Positions 49,240-59,811 are shown, counted from the stretch's first letter. The stretch is DNA of 64,000 bases from Methanobacteriota archaeon (GCA_020697715.1 JAEHCO010000001.1:256001-320000); one strand, 5' to 3'. Program-made: numbers and translations. Notes: generated from the sequence alone by a model not told the origin.

Positions 49240-49377
49240 CTGCCCCAACATTATCATTGTATTCATAAAGGTTTGGTTAAATCATGTGCACGTGTTGCAT
49301 TATCGACGCGCATATGTGCGATTTCCAACATACCAAACCATAAATAGCGGAATGACATTTAATGAATCATAGGACGG

Positions 49378-52194
49378 ATGGGTATGAGAAAGACGATTAT
49401 AATTCTGATAAGCATATTGATGTTCACGAGCATGATGGTAGTTCCGGGAAACACTGGCGATGTGGAAGCTGGTGTTCCAGATACAACTACACTCGCGCTC
49501 ACGCCTCATGCACCGATTCGAATAAATTCGAATGCGGATTTCCCAGGGATAGCGACAGCCGGGGATGGAAGTATTGGCGATCCGTGGATCATTGAGAACT
49601 GGGAGATCAATGGCACAGGGAATGGCACTTGCATTTTTGTCGGAAATGTAACTGAACATTTCGAGATCAGAGATTGTGACCTATCAAACTCAGATGGTTC
49701 AAGTATCTGGCCTCATGTTGGAAATTATGGCTTGATCCTGAATAACACATATGGAGGGAATATCACCAATTGTTCATTTAATTTCAATGAAGCTGGTGGA
49801 ATTCATATCACAGACAGCCAGTATCTGAATTTATCATATAATATCTTTCATGATTGTCCTATAGGAATTGAAATGGTCAGCTCATCAAATCTGATGATCA
49901 AACATAACGATATTCAAAATTGTACAAGTACTGGGATAAATAGCAGAAATTATTCGAATAATAATATCATTGAAAACAACACATTTATGAACAATGATAA
50001 TCGGGCCATTGTGATCAAGGGCTCTTTCAATCTCATAAACAATAATTCATTCTTTGGAAATTACCGTGATATCGATATATTGTATGGAGATAATAATCAT
50101 ATATCAAATAATTCGTTTAATAATTGTACAGATATCAGCATTATCACTATCTTGAGCTGGTTCAATCAAATTTACAATAATACCTTCACCTACAACAATA
50201 TAGACATAAGCATTGAATGGGATGGCGGCGGTCAGAAAATATATCACAATATGTTCATAGACAGTGCATTACCTCCTTATGATTCAGGATCTACTGATTC
50301 TGAATGGGATAATGGATATCCCTCAGGAGGTAATTATTGGTCAAATCATACTGGCTATGATAATTATTCAGGCCCTGATCAAGACATTCCTGGAAGCGAT
50401 GGGATAATCGATACAAATTATACTGGTTTCAGCGGTCTGTTCAATGCTGTCGATAACTATCCATTTAAGAAGCCATTTGATTATGTGGATTCTCTGGCTC
50501 CTAATTCATCAGTGGTCTCTATAATACCATACCTGCAAACAGATCCAGTTGATATCACAGCCACTGCTGTTGATGATGATGCTGGCATTGCCAATGTCAC
50601 CCTTTTCTATCGCTATTCATCGGACAATGTCACCTTCGGCAACTGGACATTCTTCGGACTTGATGCTGTATACCCATACGAATGGAACTTCGACTTCCCT
50701 GCTGGTGAAGGCTTCTATCAATTCTATTCCATCGCTATCGACAACCTCAATAACACGGAAGATGAGCCAGTAACAGCAGATGCCCACTGTGTGTATGATA
50801 TCAATCCGCCTATATCCAGTGTCGATGATCCAGCCCCATACTGGCACAATACCCCGATCAATATTTCTATAAATGCAAGTGATGCAGGTATAGGGGTCGC
50901 CAACGTCACCCTCTTCTACAACTATTCCCCGGACAATGCCACATCCGTCTTCGGAACCGAGTTCGGAACTGATCTTGCAGCGCCCTGGAACTTCACCTTC
51001 GACTTCCCAGCTGGCGAAGGTTATTATGAATTTTTCTCCATAGCCACGGACATATTCAACAACACCGAGAGCCTGCCATTATCCGGGTACGCTTCTTGCG
51101 GCTACGATGCCACCACCCCGCAGTCTGAAGTACTGCAGCCGGACTTCTGGCAAGACAATCACACCGTGTACTTGGAATGGGAGACGAACGAGACTTTGAG
51201 TGGCTTCGGCCCTCTTTCACTTGGCCAGTATCCTTCCCATGATAATGTCGACCTCTGTATGCGCTACAGCCTTGACAATCAAACATGGGGTATCTGGAAA
51301 CTGGTCACGGAAAATATGGTCAATTCCTCCACACACAATATCACGGTATTGGAAGATGGATATTATCAATTCTACACCATCGCGCAGGACATTGCTGGGA
51401 ATCTGGAAGCCCCGCCTATGGATTCAGATTCATCTGTGACTTATGACATATATATCGGCATTGACACGGTGTCACCAGTGGCAGTCGCTGCCGATGAACA
51501 GAACTACACGATATCTCAATTCAGTACGGTGATGTTCGACGCCTCTGCTTCGACAGACAATATGGGCATACACAGCTACACATGGAATTTCACGCATATC
51601 GTCAATGGCACTTTGCAGGAAGTGGTGATCCACGATCCGGCCTTCAATTTCACCTTCGGATACTATGGGCAATACCCGATCACATTGACCGTGATAGACC
51701 AGGCTGGCAATATGGACCAGGACATCATGAACTTCAATATCACGGATGATGAAGCTCCGATCGCCAATGCGGGCCCGGATCAACACAAGGATCAGTTGGC
51801 CTGGGTGACCTTCAGAGGTATCGATTCATCGGATAATGTCGGCATAGTGGATTACACATGGACCTTCTCATACAATGGCACGATCATCACTCTGGAGGGG
51901 GCACAGCCCAAGTTCAGGTTCATGTATCATGGTAATTACAATGTCACGATGACCGTCACGGACCTTGCGGGAAATACAGCATCGGACAATGTCATGATAT
52001 ACATTGCGGAGGACATAAGCTCGACTGGTAGCGGTTATAACTGGATAATCGTGATATTCGTACTGGTACTGTTGTTATGCGTGATCATGATAATGGCCTT
52101 TTATTTCAAAAAGACCAGTTCCGTGGGTTCTGAAGAGCGTGATGATGAATATGATGAGTATGGGGAAGATGATAGGTACGATGGAAGAAGATAA
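49378..52194 (+). CDS. Cell-surface glycoprotein: NosD-like beta-helix, Ig-like repeats, PKD domains, C-terminal TM
   Basis: Signal peptide, HAPIRIN..., Asn-rich beta-helix, GGNYWS, repeated G.Y.F.SIA.D..NN.E, F.AS.STDN.GI..YTW.F (PKD), TM anchor, many N-x-S/T sites. Confidence 0.88.
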   Translation: MGMRKTIIILISILMFTSMMVVPGNTGDVEAGVPDTTTLALTPHAPIRINSNADFPGIATAGDGSIGDPWIIENWEINGTGNGTCIFVGNVTEHFEIRDCDLSNSDGSSIWPHVGNYGLILNNTYGGNITNCSFNFNEAGGIHITDSQYLNLSYNIFHDCPIGIEMVSSSNLMIKHNDIQNCTSTGINSRNYSNNNIIENNTFMNNDNRAIVIKGSFNLINNNSFFGNYRDIDILYGDNNHISNNSFNNCTDISIITILSWFNQIYNNTFTYNNIDISIEWDGGGQKIYHNMFIDSALPPYDSGSTDSEWDNGYPSGGNYWSNHTGYDNYSGPDQDIPGSDGIIDTNYTGFSGLFNAVDNYPFKKPFDYVDSLAPNSSVVSIIPYLQTDPVDITATAVDDDAGIANVTLFYRYSSDNVTFGNWTFFGLDAVYPYEWNFDFPAGEGFYQFYSIAIDNLNNTEDEPVTADAHCVYDINPPISSVDDPAPYWHNTPINISINASDAGIGVANVTLFYNYSPDNATSVFGTEFGTDLAAPWNFTFDFPAGEGYYEFFSIATDIFNNTESLPLSGYASCGYDATTPQSEVLQPDFWQDNHTVYLEWETNETLSGFGPLSLGQYPSHDNVDLCMRYSLDNQTWGIWKLVTENMVNSSTHNITVLEDGYYQFYTIAQDIAGNLEAPPMDSDSSVTYDIYIGIDTVSPVAVAADEQNYTISQFSTVMFDASASTDNMGIHSYTWNFTHIVNGTLQEVVIHDPAFNFTFGYYGQYPITLTVIDQAGNMDQDIMNFNITDDEAPIANAGPDQHKDQLAWVTFRGIDSSDNVGIVDYTWTFSYNGTIITLEGAQPKFRFMYHGNYNVTMTVTDLAGNTASDNVMIYIAEDISSTGSGYNWIIVIFVLVLLLCVIMIMAFYFKKTSSVGSEERDDEYDEYGEDDRYDGRR

Positions 52195-52199
52195 CTTGT

Positions 52200-53981
52200 T
52201 CACTTCTTCTTCAGACATTTGTTCTCAATGGCCCAGATGAATCTCTCCTTCTCGCCCTCTGGTATCCTTATCCTGTCACCCTTTTGATGCTTCTTGCCAG
52301 AGGTCCATTCCGTGAATTTCTTGGTAACTTCATAGAGATCGCCGCCAGTCGATAATTTCGCCTTTCCCGCTTTCTTTCGATAAGCGGAATAATTGCCGCT
52401 GAAGGTCGTGAGCGCCCCGTCCCTGAGGTCGAATATGTTCTCGGCCACACTGTCCAATAGTGCTCGATCGTGAGTTATTATCATCACTGTTCCTTCATAA
52501 TCCATCAAGGCCTTTTCCACCGAGGCCTTGGCATACAGGTCCAGATAGTTCGTGGGCTCGTCCAGTATCAGCATATTGTGATCGCTCATCAGGAGCTTGG
52601 CTATCGACAATCTCGCCCTTTCTCCCCCACTCAGGGTGAACACCTTCTTGAACACGTCCTCACCTCTGAAGAAGAACTTGCCAAGGTATTTCCGCACCCA
52701 TTCTTCTCCCGCGTCCTTCTTATGCTTCCGAATTTCTTGGATAACTGTGTTTCCACGTACGAGGCCATCCTGTTCCTGGGCATAATAACCGATCTTCGTG
52801 CCCTTGCTCACTTTGATAGTGCCAGTTGTGGGTTCGAGCTCTCCCATTATCATGCGTATGAGCGTGGTCTTTCCAGAGCCATTGGGCCCGATAAGACCGA
52901 TGCGCTCTCCTTTTTCTATCCTGAAGTCGCATTTGCCGATAATCGATGCCTTTCCGTATGATTTCTTCACATCCAGCGCGTCTACAGTGTCCTTCCCGCT
53001 CTTTTCCGCTGTGCCGAACTCCAGAGCCAGTTTCCTCGAGTGGTCTGTCGGTCTGTCCATCTTGTCCATGCGATCCAGCTTCTTCTGCTGGGTCTTGTGC
53101 AGGGAGCTGAAACTGTACACACTGTGCATCCACTCGATCATCTCCTTCTGCCTCAGGATCTCCTTCTGCTGTTTCGCATACGTCTTCAGGTTCTTCTCGA
53201 GGTCGAAAGATTTCTTCTCCAGATAGTCAGAATAATTTCCCGAATATATATTGGATCTAGTATTTTCGATCTCCACGCTCTTGGTGATGATCTTGTCCAT
53301 CATGTATCGGTCGTGGGACACTATCAACACCGCACCAGGGTAATTGGCCAGATAATCCTCCAGCCATTCGGTCGTCTCTATGTCAAGGTGATTCGTGGGC
53401 TCGTCCAGTAGAAGAAGATCCGCTCCTTTTGCTTCCAGAAGTATGCTGGCCAGTCTTGCTTTGGTCTTCTCACCACCACTTAGATCACCCACTTTTGTGT
53501 GAAAGTGTCTTTTCGTGAACTTCAGATCCTCGAGCACTGCCTCCGCTCGGGTTGGCTGGCCGTAACCCCCACTCGACGCAAACTCCTCTAAAGAATTGGC
53601 ATACTCTTTAGAGATCTCCTCCAACTGCTCCGTCGATATGGTACCAGGATTCTCAAGTCTATTCTCTAAAAAGGCGATCTTCTTGGCAAGCGAACCCAGC
53701 TTGCCAGTGGGTTTGGATATGGCCTCGATCAGGGTCTTGGAATCCTCAAGGGGACTGAGTTGGGTCATGTAACCCAATGTCTTGTCCTTCAATCCCGTGA
53801 TCTCGCCATTATCAGCCTTTTCAATACCGTAAATTATGTTCAAAAGCGTGGTCTTGCCAGTGCCGTTCTGGCCAATGAGTCCCACCTTCTGGCCTTCGTC
53901 TATTATGAATGAGATATCCGATAGCACTGTCTGTGGGCCATATGATTTACTTATCGAATTCACGGATATGAGAAGGGGCAT
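52200..53981 (-). CDS. ABC-F family ATPase (ribosome-associated)
   Basis: Two ABC cassettes (GQNGTGKTT/LSGGEK/DEPTNHLD and GPNGSGKTT/LSGGER/DEPTNYLD), no TM segments. Confidence 0.93.
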   Translation of the reverse strand: MPLLISVNSISKSYGPQTVLSDISFIIDEGQKVGLIGQNGTGKTTLLNIIYGIEKADNGEITGLKDKTLGYMTQLSPLEDSKTLIEAISKPTGKLGSLAKKIAFLENRLENPGTISTEQLEEISKEYANSLEEFASSGGYGQPTRAEAVLEDLKFTKRHFHTKVGDLSGGEKTKARLASILLEAKGADLLLLDEPTNHLDIETTEWLEDYLANYPGAVLIVSHDRYMMDKIITKSVEIENTRSNIYSGNYSDYLEKKSFDLEKNLKTYAKQQKEILRQKEMIEWMHSVYSFSSLHKTQQKKLDRMDKMDRPTDHSRKLALEFGTAEKSGKDTVDALDVKKSYGKASIIGKCDFRIEKGERIGLIGPNGSGKTTLIRMIMGELEPTTGTIKVSKGTKIGYYAQEQDGLVRGNTVIQEIRKHKKDAGEEWVRKYLGKFFFRGEDVFKKVFTLSGGERARLSIAKLLMSDHNMLILDEPTNYLDLYAKASVEKALMDYEGTVMIITHDRALLDSVAENIFDLRDGALTTFSGNYSAYRKKAGKAKLSTGGDLYEVTKKFTEWTSGKKHQKGDRIRIPEGEKERFIWAIENKCLKKK

Positions 53982-53999
53982 CTAAATTCCTCTACTGGC

Positions 54000-55892
54000 T
54001 CAGCCTCTGAAAGATATCCTTCTACTCAGGAGCATGGGTAATGGGAGTGGTGCTGTTGGCATTCCCTTTTGCATTTCCGCAAGCTTGCTGGCCAATTCCT
54101 CCATGGTCAGCTCTTCCTGGGTTCCATCCCTTCTTCTGATGGACAGCTTTCCGCTTTCCTGTTCCTTCTCTCCAAAGACGATTATGAAATCTATCCAGTC
54201 CTTTTCCGCATCCCGGATCTTCTTGCCAATGCTCTGGTCACGATCATCCACATCCGCCCTGGCATTGAGCTTGCTGGCCAATTCCTTGCAGTTCTCCAAT
54301 ACATCATCGTGAACTGGCAGGAATCTCACCTGAGTTGGAGCCAGCCAGTACGGGAATTTCGGCTTCTCGCCCGTCATCTGTTTCAAATGTATATTCTCCA
54401 GAAGCGCGTACATCACCCTCTCAATGGCACCAGATGGTGACTGGTGCAGGATATATGGATGGTGATTCTTCCCATCCGCTCCGACATAAGTGATGTCATA
54501 TCTCTCGGCATTCTCCACATCCAATTGATCCGTATTGAGGGCACTGGCCTTTCCCTGAGCATCCACGAAGTTCCATTCGTATTTGAATATGAAATAAAAG
54601 AATCTCTTATCCCACATCTCGACAAGTGCTGGCTTGCCCCATTTTTTGACAAGGTCAGCAAGGAATTCCGAGTTCTCATCATAGAAGTCTTTGGTAACTC
54701 TGATGGCGAATTCAAGTTCATCCGGAACCTGGAAGCCAATACCATTTAGGACATCCCAGGAGAGTTGAAACCTTTCCTGCATTTCCTGCTTGGCCATTTC
54801 GATATCGGCACAAAATGAGTGGCAATCCGGCATTGTGAAGGTCCTCAACCTTCGCAGACCAGTAAGTTCTCCACGCTGCTCCGCTCTGAAGGAATAGTGG
54901 CTCATCTCGTACAGCCTCATTGGCAGATGCTTGTATGACACTGTCGCGTCATGCATCATGAGGAACTGGCCGAAACAGGCCGCGAATCTAAGGAACACTC
55001 TTTTATCAGGTGTCTGGATCGAATATTGGCGGGCGGGGAATCTGTGAAGATAGCTTTTGAGTGATGGGTGCTCGAAATCGTACATGATCGGTGTCTCTAT
55101 CTCCATGCCCCCAGTTCTCTGAACTTCCTGGTTCACGTAAGTCTCCAGCAAGGATTTCATCATCCTGCCCTTTGGATAGTATCGGAAATTGCCGGGATCG
55201 GATGCGGGCTCATAATCCACCAGTTCCAGTCGCTTCATCAGGTCCACATGCGGCGGTTCCTTTCCAGCCGCCCTGCTCTTCGCCATCTCGTACTGTGTGA
55301 ATTGCTTCAGTCGCTTGTGATCTCCGAAATCATAACCCTTGACCTTGTTGTTCTTGGTCTCAAGGGGCTTTAGCTCTCCATCCAGGCCAAGTACGAACCA
55401 ACTGGACACTGCCTTTTCCTCGGACTTGAGGGCTTCAGACACTTCCTCACCATCGCCTCCCTCATCTTCTCCAGCGACTATCTCCCTGGACAGCTCGGAT
55501 AGGGGATGTCCCTTGCAGCTTATCTTGAAGCTCTTGTACCAGCCGAAAGGCGAGCTGAGAACTGCATAACCTTCTTCTTTCAGTATCTCCGCGGTCCTTT
55601 CCAAGATCTCCTTACCAGATGCTGGCTTTCCGAGGGACGAACTAAGATGAGCATATGGATACAGAACCGCGTTCTTGGTCTCCACTTTTTCAGCAATTTC
55701 CATGACATTCGATGCCAATAATTTAGCACTGGCTTCTTCCTTCCCCTCATCGATCTCTTCGAAACTGATGTAGGTGACCAGAGCTTCCTCTATACGGCCT
55801 TTCTTTTCCGCATCTGATATGTCATCAGCCAGTTTCGTTTTCTTCTTCGCCTCGTATTCGAGGTAGTCAGCATGGATGAATAGTGCCCTCAT
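54000..55892 (-). CDS. thrS: Threonine--tRNA ligase (archaeal type)
   Basis: Archaeal editing domain (LFIHAD, YPYAHLSSSL, PFGWYK.F.ISCKGHPLSELSR), FLRFAACFGQF, RLRTFTMPD.H, SPSGAIER. Confidence 0.97.
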   Translation of the reverse strand: MRALFIHADYLEYEAKKKTKLADDISDAEKKGRIEEALVTYISFEEIDEGKEEASAKLLASNVMEIAEKVETKNAVLYPYAHLSSSLGKPASGKEILERTAEILKEEGYAVLSSPFGWYKSFKISCKGHPLSELSREIVAGEDEGGDGEEVSEALKSEEKAVSSWFVLGLDGELKPLETKNNKVKGYDFGDHKRLKQFTQYEMAKSRAAGKEPPHVDLMKRLELVDYEPASDPGNFRYYPKGRMMKSLLETYVNQEVQRTGGMEIETPIMYDFEHPSLKSYLHRFPARQYSIQTPDKRVFLRFAACFGQFLMMHDATVSYKHLPMRLYEMSHYSFRAEQRGELTGLRRLRTFTMPDCHSFCADIEMAKQEMQERFQLSWDVLNGIGFQVPDELEFAIRVTKDFYDENSEFLADLVKKWGKPALVEMWDKRFFYFIFKYEWNFVDAQGKASALNTDQLDVENAERYDITYVGADGKNHHPYILHQSPSGAIERVMYALLENIHLKQMTGEKPKFPYWLAPTQVRFLPVHDDVLENCKELASKLNARADVDDRDQSIGKKIRDAEKDWIDFIIVFGEKEQESGKLSIRRRDGTQEELTMEELASKLAEMQKGMPTAPLPLPMLLSRRISFRG

Positions 55893-56173
55893 TTGGAACC
55901 CCATCCACCAGAACAATGACATTGGTATAAAAATATTGGTAAATGATCCGAACATCTATTGCTTGATCTGGCAGGCCATATCATAGATTATCATTTTGTT
56001 AAGGTGTGTCGATCGATAGTGTACATAATGATTATCGATGATAATTTTTCGATGATTTTTTATAGCCAGTATACCCAAAGGCTTAAATATATTCATTAGC
56101 CATACACTACTGGCCATGGTATGGTTCGATGAGCCAGTCATGCTAAATAAAATAAAACGTGGAGGAAATGAAA

Positions 56174-56392
56174 ATGGTAATGGAACCAATTACAGTAGAC
56201 AAAGCAATAGACATAGCGAAGAGAAAGGGATTAAAGCCAGGCCGTGTTAAGAACACACAGGGCATTCAGTTCACAAAGGGCAAGAATGACCGCTTGGAGA
56301 TCATCGACTGGGACGAGTTCAAAACAACTCTCGGCAAGAGGAAGCTCCAGGTATACGAGAGTGGCGGCTGGATGAAAATAATGAAGAAGTGA
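56174..56392 (+). CDS. Small basic hypothetical protein
   Basis: GGAGG SD 8 nt upstream; K-rich; LEIIDWDEF; followed by a T-run terminator. Confidence 0.75.
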   Translation: MVMEPITVDKAIDIAKRKGLKPGRVKNTQGIQFTKGKNDRLEIIDWDEFKTTLGKRKLQVYESGGWMKIMKK

Positions 56393-56526
56393 TGCTAGCC
56401 ATCACTTCTTATTTTTCTTTTTTTTAAAATATAAAAAACCTTTTCTCAGAATGGCCTTTGTTAAAATGGGCTATACACTTATATATGCGTCCTTATATTT
56501 CAGCAAATCCCTAATGGAGCAATTGA

Positions 56527-58335
56527 ATGGCATTGCATATTGACCAGTTCCTTGTGATAATGATGGTGGCCGTGATCGTGGCCATCGTGGCAAAGTACAT
56601 AAGGTGGCCTTATACCATCGTGCTTTTGATATCTGGCCTGGTCATAGCTTATTTCAATGTCGATCCGCCTTTTGTTCTTGATAAGGACATGATCTTCCAT
56701 ATTCTTCTGCCTCCACTCATCTTCGAGGGTGCTCTGCACATGCGCCTGAAGCACTTGAAGGAGAATGCGAAGGTGATCTCATTATTGGCCATACCCGCCT
56801 TGATAATATCATCCTTTTTCGTGGGCTGGTTGATATATCTTTTTACAAATTCCTTCATGGCTTCCGCCCTTACCTTTCCCATAGCCCTCCTGATAGCGGT
56901 AATTATTATCCCAACTGATCCAGTATCCATACTAGCAATTTACAAGGACACCAAGATACCAACTAAATTGAAGAACATTATCGAGGGTGAAAGTATCTTT
57001 GATGATGGGACCTGTCTTGTTCTATTCGCTGTTATTCTGGATCTCATCAGAAGTGGCAATCTGGATCTCATGACAGGTATTGTTGATTTTCTCAGGATGG
57101 CCATATTCGGTATCCTTCTGGGATTGGCTGTCGGTTACATACTCTTCCTGATCATCTCGAAGATAGATGACAAGTTCACCGAGGTCATGATCACGCTCAT
57201 CATGGTCTTTGGTCTTTTCGCAATGGCCGAGAACATGGGTGCATCCGGTGTGTTCGCCGTCGTGATGGCTGGCCTTATTCTTGGAAATTATGGTACAAGG
57301 TTCGCAATGACCCCATCTGCCCGGCATACCCTTCTGAGCTTCTGGGGCTTCATAGTGTTCTTGGTAAATTCCTTCCTTTTCATAGTTGTTGGAATGAATG
57401 TCGATCTGGGAGCTGTTTGGAATGAGATCGAATTGGTGATATTCTGCGTATTGGCTCTCTGGTTTGCAAGAGGTGCGTCGATATATCTAATTGGCATAAT
57501 ATTGAATAAAAAAGGCGCTTCCCAGACCCTACCAAGGAAATGGCAAGCGGTCATGTGGTGGGGTGGGTTAAGAGGAGCAATCCCAATTGCTCTGGCATTA
57601 TCGATACCACTCACACTGGATGATGGTACATTATTCCCGCATCGTGATATGATATTGGCCATCACCTTTGGCGTGGTCCTTATCACTCTTCTTGTGCAGG
57701 GTTTGAGTCTGAAGACATTGATCGGAAAATTAGGATTCCATTCAGTATCCAAGAAGGAGGCTGAAAAGGAAGAAAGAGAGATCGCCACACTTCTGAAAGA
57801 TACGGTGGATGAACTGATACAATTGAAGGAAGATGGCGAGATATCCAATGCGGCCTATGAGTGGTTGATTCACAGATACGGTCAGGCCAATTCCCAACTT
57901 CTGACGGAATTAGGCCTTCTTGTTCAGGAACACGGATTCATACCTCGTGAGGAATACACCTATTCGGTAAAGGAGACCCTTGAGGCAAAAAAGGAGTCGG
58001 TCAAGGAAGCCTGGGAAAAGAACCTGATAAAAGGATCTGTGGGTGAGAGGCTTTTGTCCGAGATAGATTTCCAGATACAGACTTTGGCCGTCGAGACAGA
58101 GGGATCCTCACTCAGAACTCCAACCGATATCTTGAAAAGTGTCACAGTCAATAGAGCAAACAATGGCTCACAGACAGATCTGGAGACAAATTGTGCAATA
58201 TGTATGAATTCTATAGGTGATGGATGTGCTTTCGTAAAATGTAGATGTGGGACAACCTTCCATCAGGAATGCAGTGATGATACAGAGAGGTGTCCGGTTT
58301 GCATCGCCCCACTTGGAAGCTGCGAATTGAAATGA
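56527..58335 (+). CDS. CPA1 (NhaP-like) Na+/H+ antiporter with C-terminal RING-like zinc finger
   Basis: LLPPLIFE, PTDPVS, EGESIFDD, WGGLRGA, TLLVQG. Tail CxxC-x12-CxC-x4-HxxC-x6-CxxC. Confidence 0.9.
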   Translation: MALHIDQFLVIMMVAVIVAIVAKYIRWPYTIVLLISGLVIAYFNVDPPFVLDKDMIFHILLPPLIFEGALHMRLKHLKENAKVISLLAIPALIISSFFVGWLIYLFTNSFMASALTFPIALLIAVIIIPTDPVSILAIYKDTKIPTKLKNIIEGESIFDDGTCLVLFAVILDLIRSGNLDLMTGIVDFLRMAIFGILLGLAVGYILFLIISKIDDKFTEVMITLIMVFGLFAMAENMGASGVFAVVMAGLILGNYGTRFAMTPSARHTLLSFWGFIVFLVNSFLFIVVGMNVDLGAVWNEIELVIFCVLALWFARGASIYLIGIILNKKGASQTLPRKWQAVMWWGGLRGAIPIALALSIPLTLDDGTLFPHRDMILAITFGVVLITLLVQGLSLKTLIGKLGFHSVSKKEAEKEEREIATLLKDTVDELIQLKEDGEISNAAYEWLIHRYGQANSQLLTELGLLVQEHGFIPREEYTYSVKETLEAKKESVKEAWEKNLIKGSVGERLLSEIDFQIQTLAVETEGSSLRTPTDILKSVTVNRANNGSQTDLETNCAICMNSIGDGCAFVKCRCGTTFHQECSDDTERCPVCIAPLGSCELK

Positions 58336-58460
58336 AGATAAGATCACTGGACCAGGCAATATCATGCTGATGATCTGAATATGCAAACCTTTACTAATGA
58401 TAAGAAAATAAACCCTGGAAACCAGAGTGGATTATATCGGGCTAAGATAACTAACATCCT

Positions 58461-58588
58461 GTCGGGGTGGCTCAGCCTGGTGGAGCGCCGGACTCATAGG
58501 GACCCATTAGGGTAAAAATGGCGCCCAGAAGTCTAACCCTGGATCCTGAGCGATCCGGAGGTCACGGGTTCGAACCCCGTCCCCGACA
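58461..58588 (+). tRNA. tRNA-Met(CAT), elongator type, with 54-nt intron (58499-58552) at position 37/38
   Basis: Acceptor GTCGGGG/CCCCGAC, anticodon stem CCGGA/TCCGG, CT-CAT-A loop, bulge-helix-bulge formed by CTCA/TGAG, GGTTCGAACCC T-arm. Confidence 0.92.
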
Positions 58589-58678
58589 CATTTATTTTAT
58601 ATTCAATAGGGGACGGAGCAAGGTTCGAACCCCGAGTATACCGCCGTGGAGCAAATACTGTGATTAGAATACAATTTG

Positions 58679-58734
58679 AATCGTATTAGCTCTTCTAATC
58701 GCTAGTGATATGCAGAATATGGGCGATTAGAAAA
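58679..58734 (+). repeat. Palindromic intergenic repeat family B, copy 3
   Basis: AATCGTATTAGCTCTTCTAATCGCTAGTGATATGCAGAATATGGGCGATTAGAAAA. Confidence 0.85.
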
Positions 58735-59012
58735 CTCATCAAAGAGAATTTGAATAAAACGCGGAGCCTTTAACTCCGCGTTATCGAGCCTATGGCCTAC
58801 GAATGTACCTATTCGCCTATGGGCAATCAGGTGCAACTCCGTCCCACGACCAAAATACCAGGTTCAATTCTCGGCTACGACAATCGCAGATACTATCGAA
58901 TTCCATCATGTATCCAACCCCTCATTACCTGTACATACACAATCCCCTATCAATTCAATGGTAGTTTTTATATAGGAAATATAATATCCCACCCATTCCA
59001 GGAGAATCTTAA

Positions 59013-59723
59013 ATGGCAGCACCAAGAGGTCGAGGAGGCCCAAAGAAAGATAAGTGGAAATCCAAAAGCTGGTATAATGTAATGGCTCCCGATATGTTCG
59101 ACAGGGCAAAGGTATCTGAAGCCCTGGCAGACGAGCCGGAAAAGCTTATTGGTAGAGTAGCAGAGGTCACTGTACAGGACCTTACCGGGGATTTCGCAAA
59201 GATGCATATTAAAATGTCATTCAAGATTATCGATGTCAGGGGATCGGACGCCCACACTACTTTTGTTGGTCATGATATGGCAAGTGATTATGTCAGAAGG
59301 ATGACCAGAAGGAAGAGGACGAAGACAGATCTCATCGTCGATGCTTATACCAGGGATAAATTCTTACTTAGGATCAAACCCTTGATAATATCCGAGCGCA
59401 GGATCAAATCCTCCCAGCAGACGGCCATCCGTAAGAAGGTCTACGATGTGATCAACAACTACACACGTACAAGATCCTTGAACGAGGTTGTCAAAGGCAT
59501 CATCGGAGGCCAGATGGGTCGAGAAGCGGCCGTCGCCTGTAAGGTGATCCAGCCAATGCAGAGGGTGGAGATCCGTAAGACCGAGGTCCTTCGCCAGGGT
59601 GACATCGTGCACGTCTACGAAGATGAGCATGAAGAGGAAGAAGCAGCAGAGGTCGTGGAAGAGAAGCCCGTTGCAGAAGAGGTTCCAGAACCACCTGTCG
59701 CACCTGAAGAGGCAAAAGAATAG
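59013..59723 (+). CDS. rps3ae: 30S ribosomal protein S3Ae (eS1)
   Basis: KDKWKSKSWY.V.AP..F, LIGRV.E.T..DLTGD, DYVRRMTRR, VEIRK.EVL. Confidence 0.97.
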   Translation: MAAPRGRGGPKKDKWKSKSWYNVMAPDMFDRAKVSEALADEPEKLIGRVAEVTVQDLTGDFAKMHIKMSFKIIDVRGSDAHTTFVGHDMASDYVRRMTRRKRTKTDLIVDAYTRDKFLLRIKPLIISERRIKSSQQTAIRKKVYDVINNYTRTRSLNEVVKGIIGGQMGREAAVACKVIQPMQRVEIRKTEVLRQGDIVHVYEDEHEEEEAAEVVEEKPVAEEVPEPPVAPEEAKE

Positions 59724-59755
59724 GCGAGTTTTACCTATTTTATTAAAACAATAGC

Positions 59756-59780
59756 CTGGGCTCTAAATCTTTGAGCCCAG
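59756..59780. terminator. Hairpin between convergent genes
   Basis: CTGGGCTC...GAGCCCAG followed by a T-run. Confidence 0.5.
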
Positions 59781-59811
59781 TTTTATCTTATTTTACCCTA
59801 TTCTATCAAGA

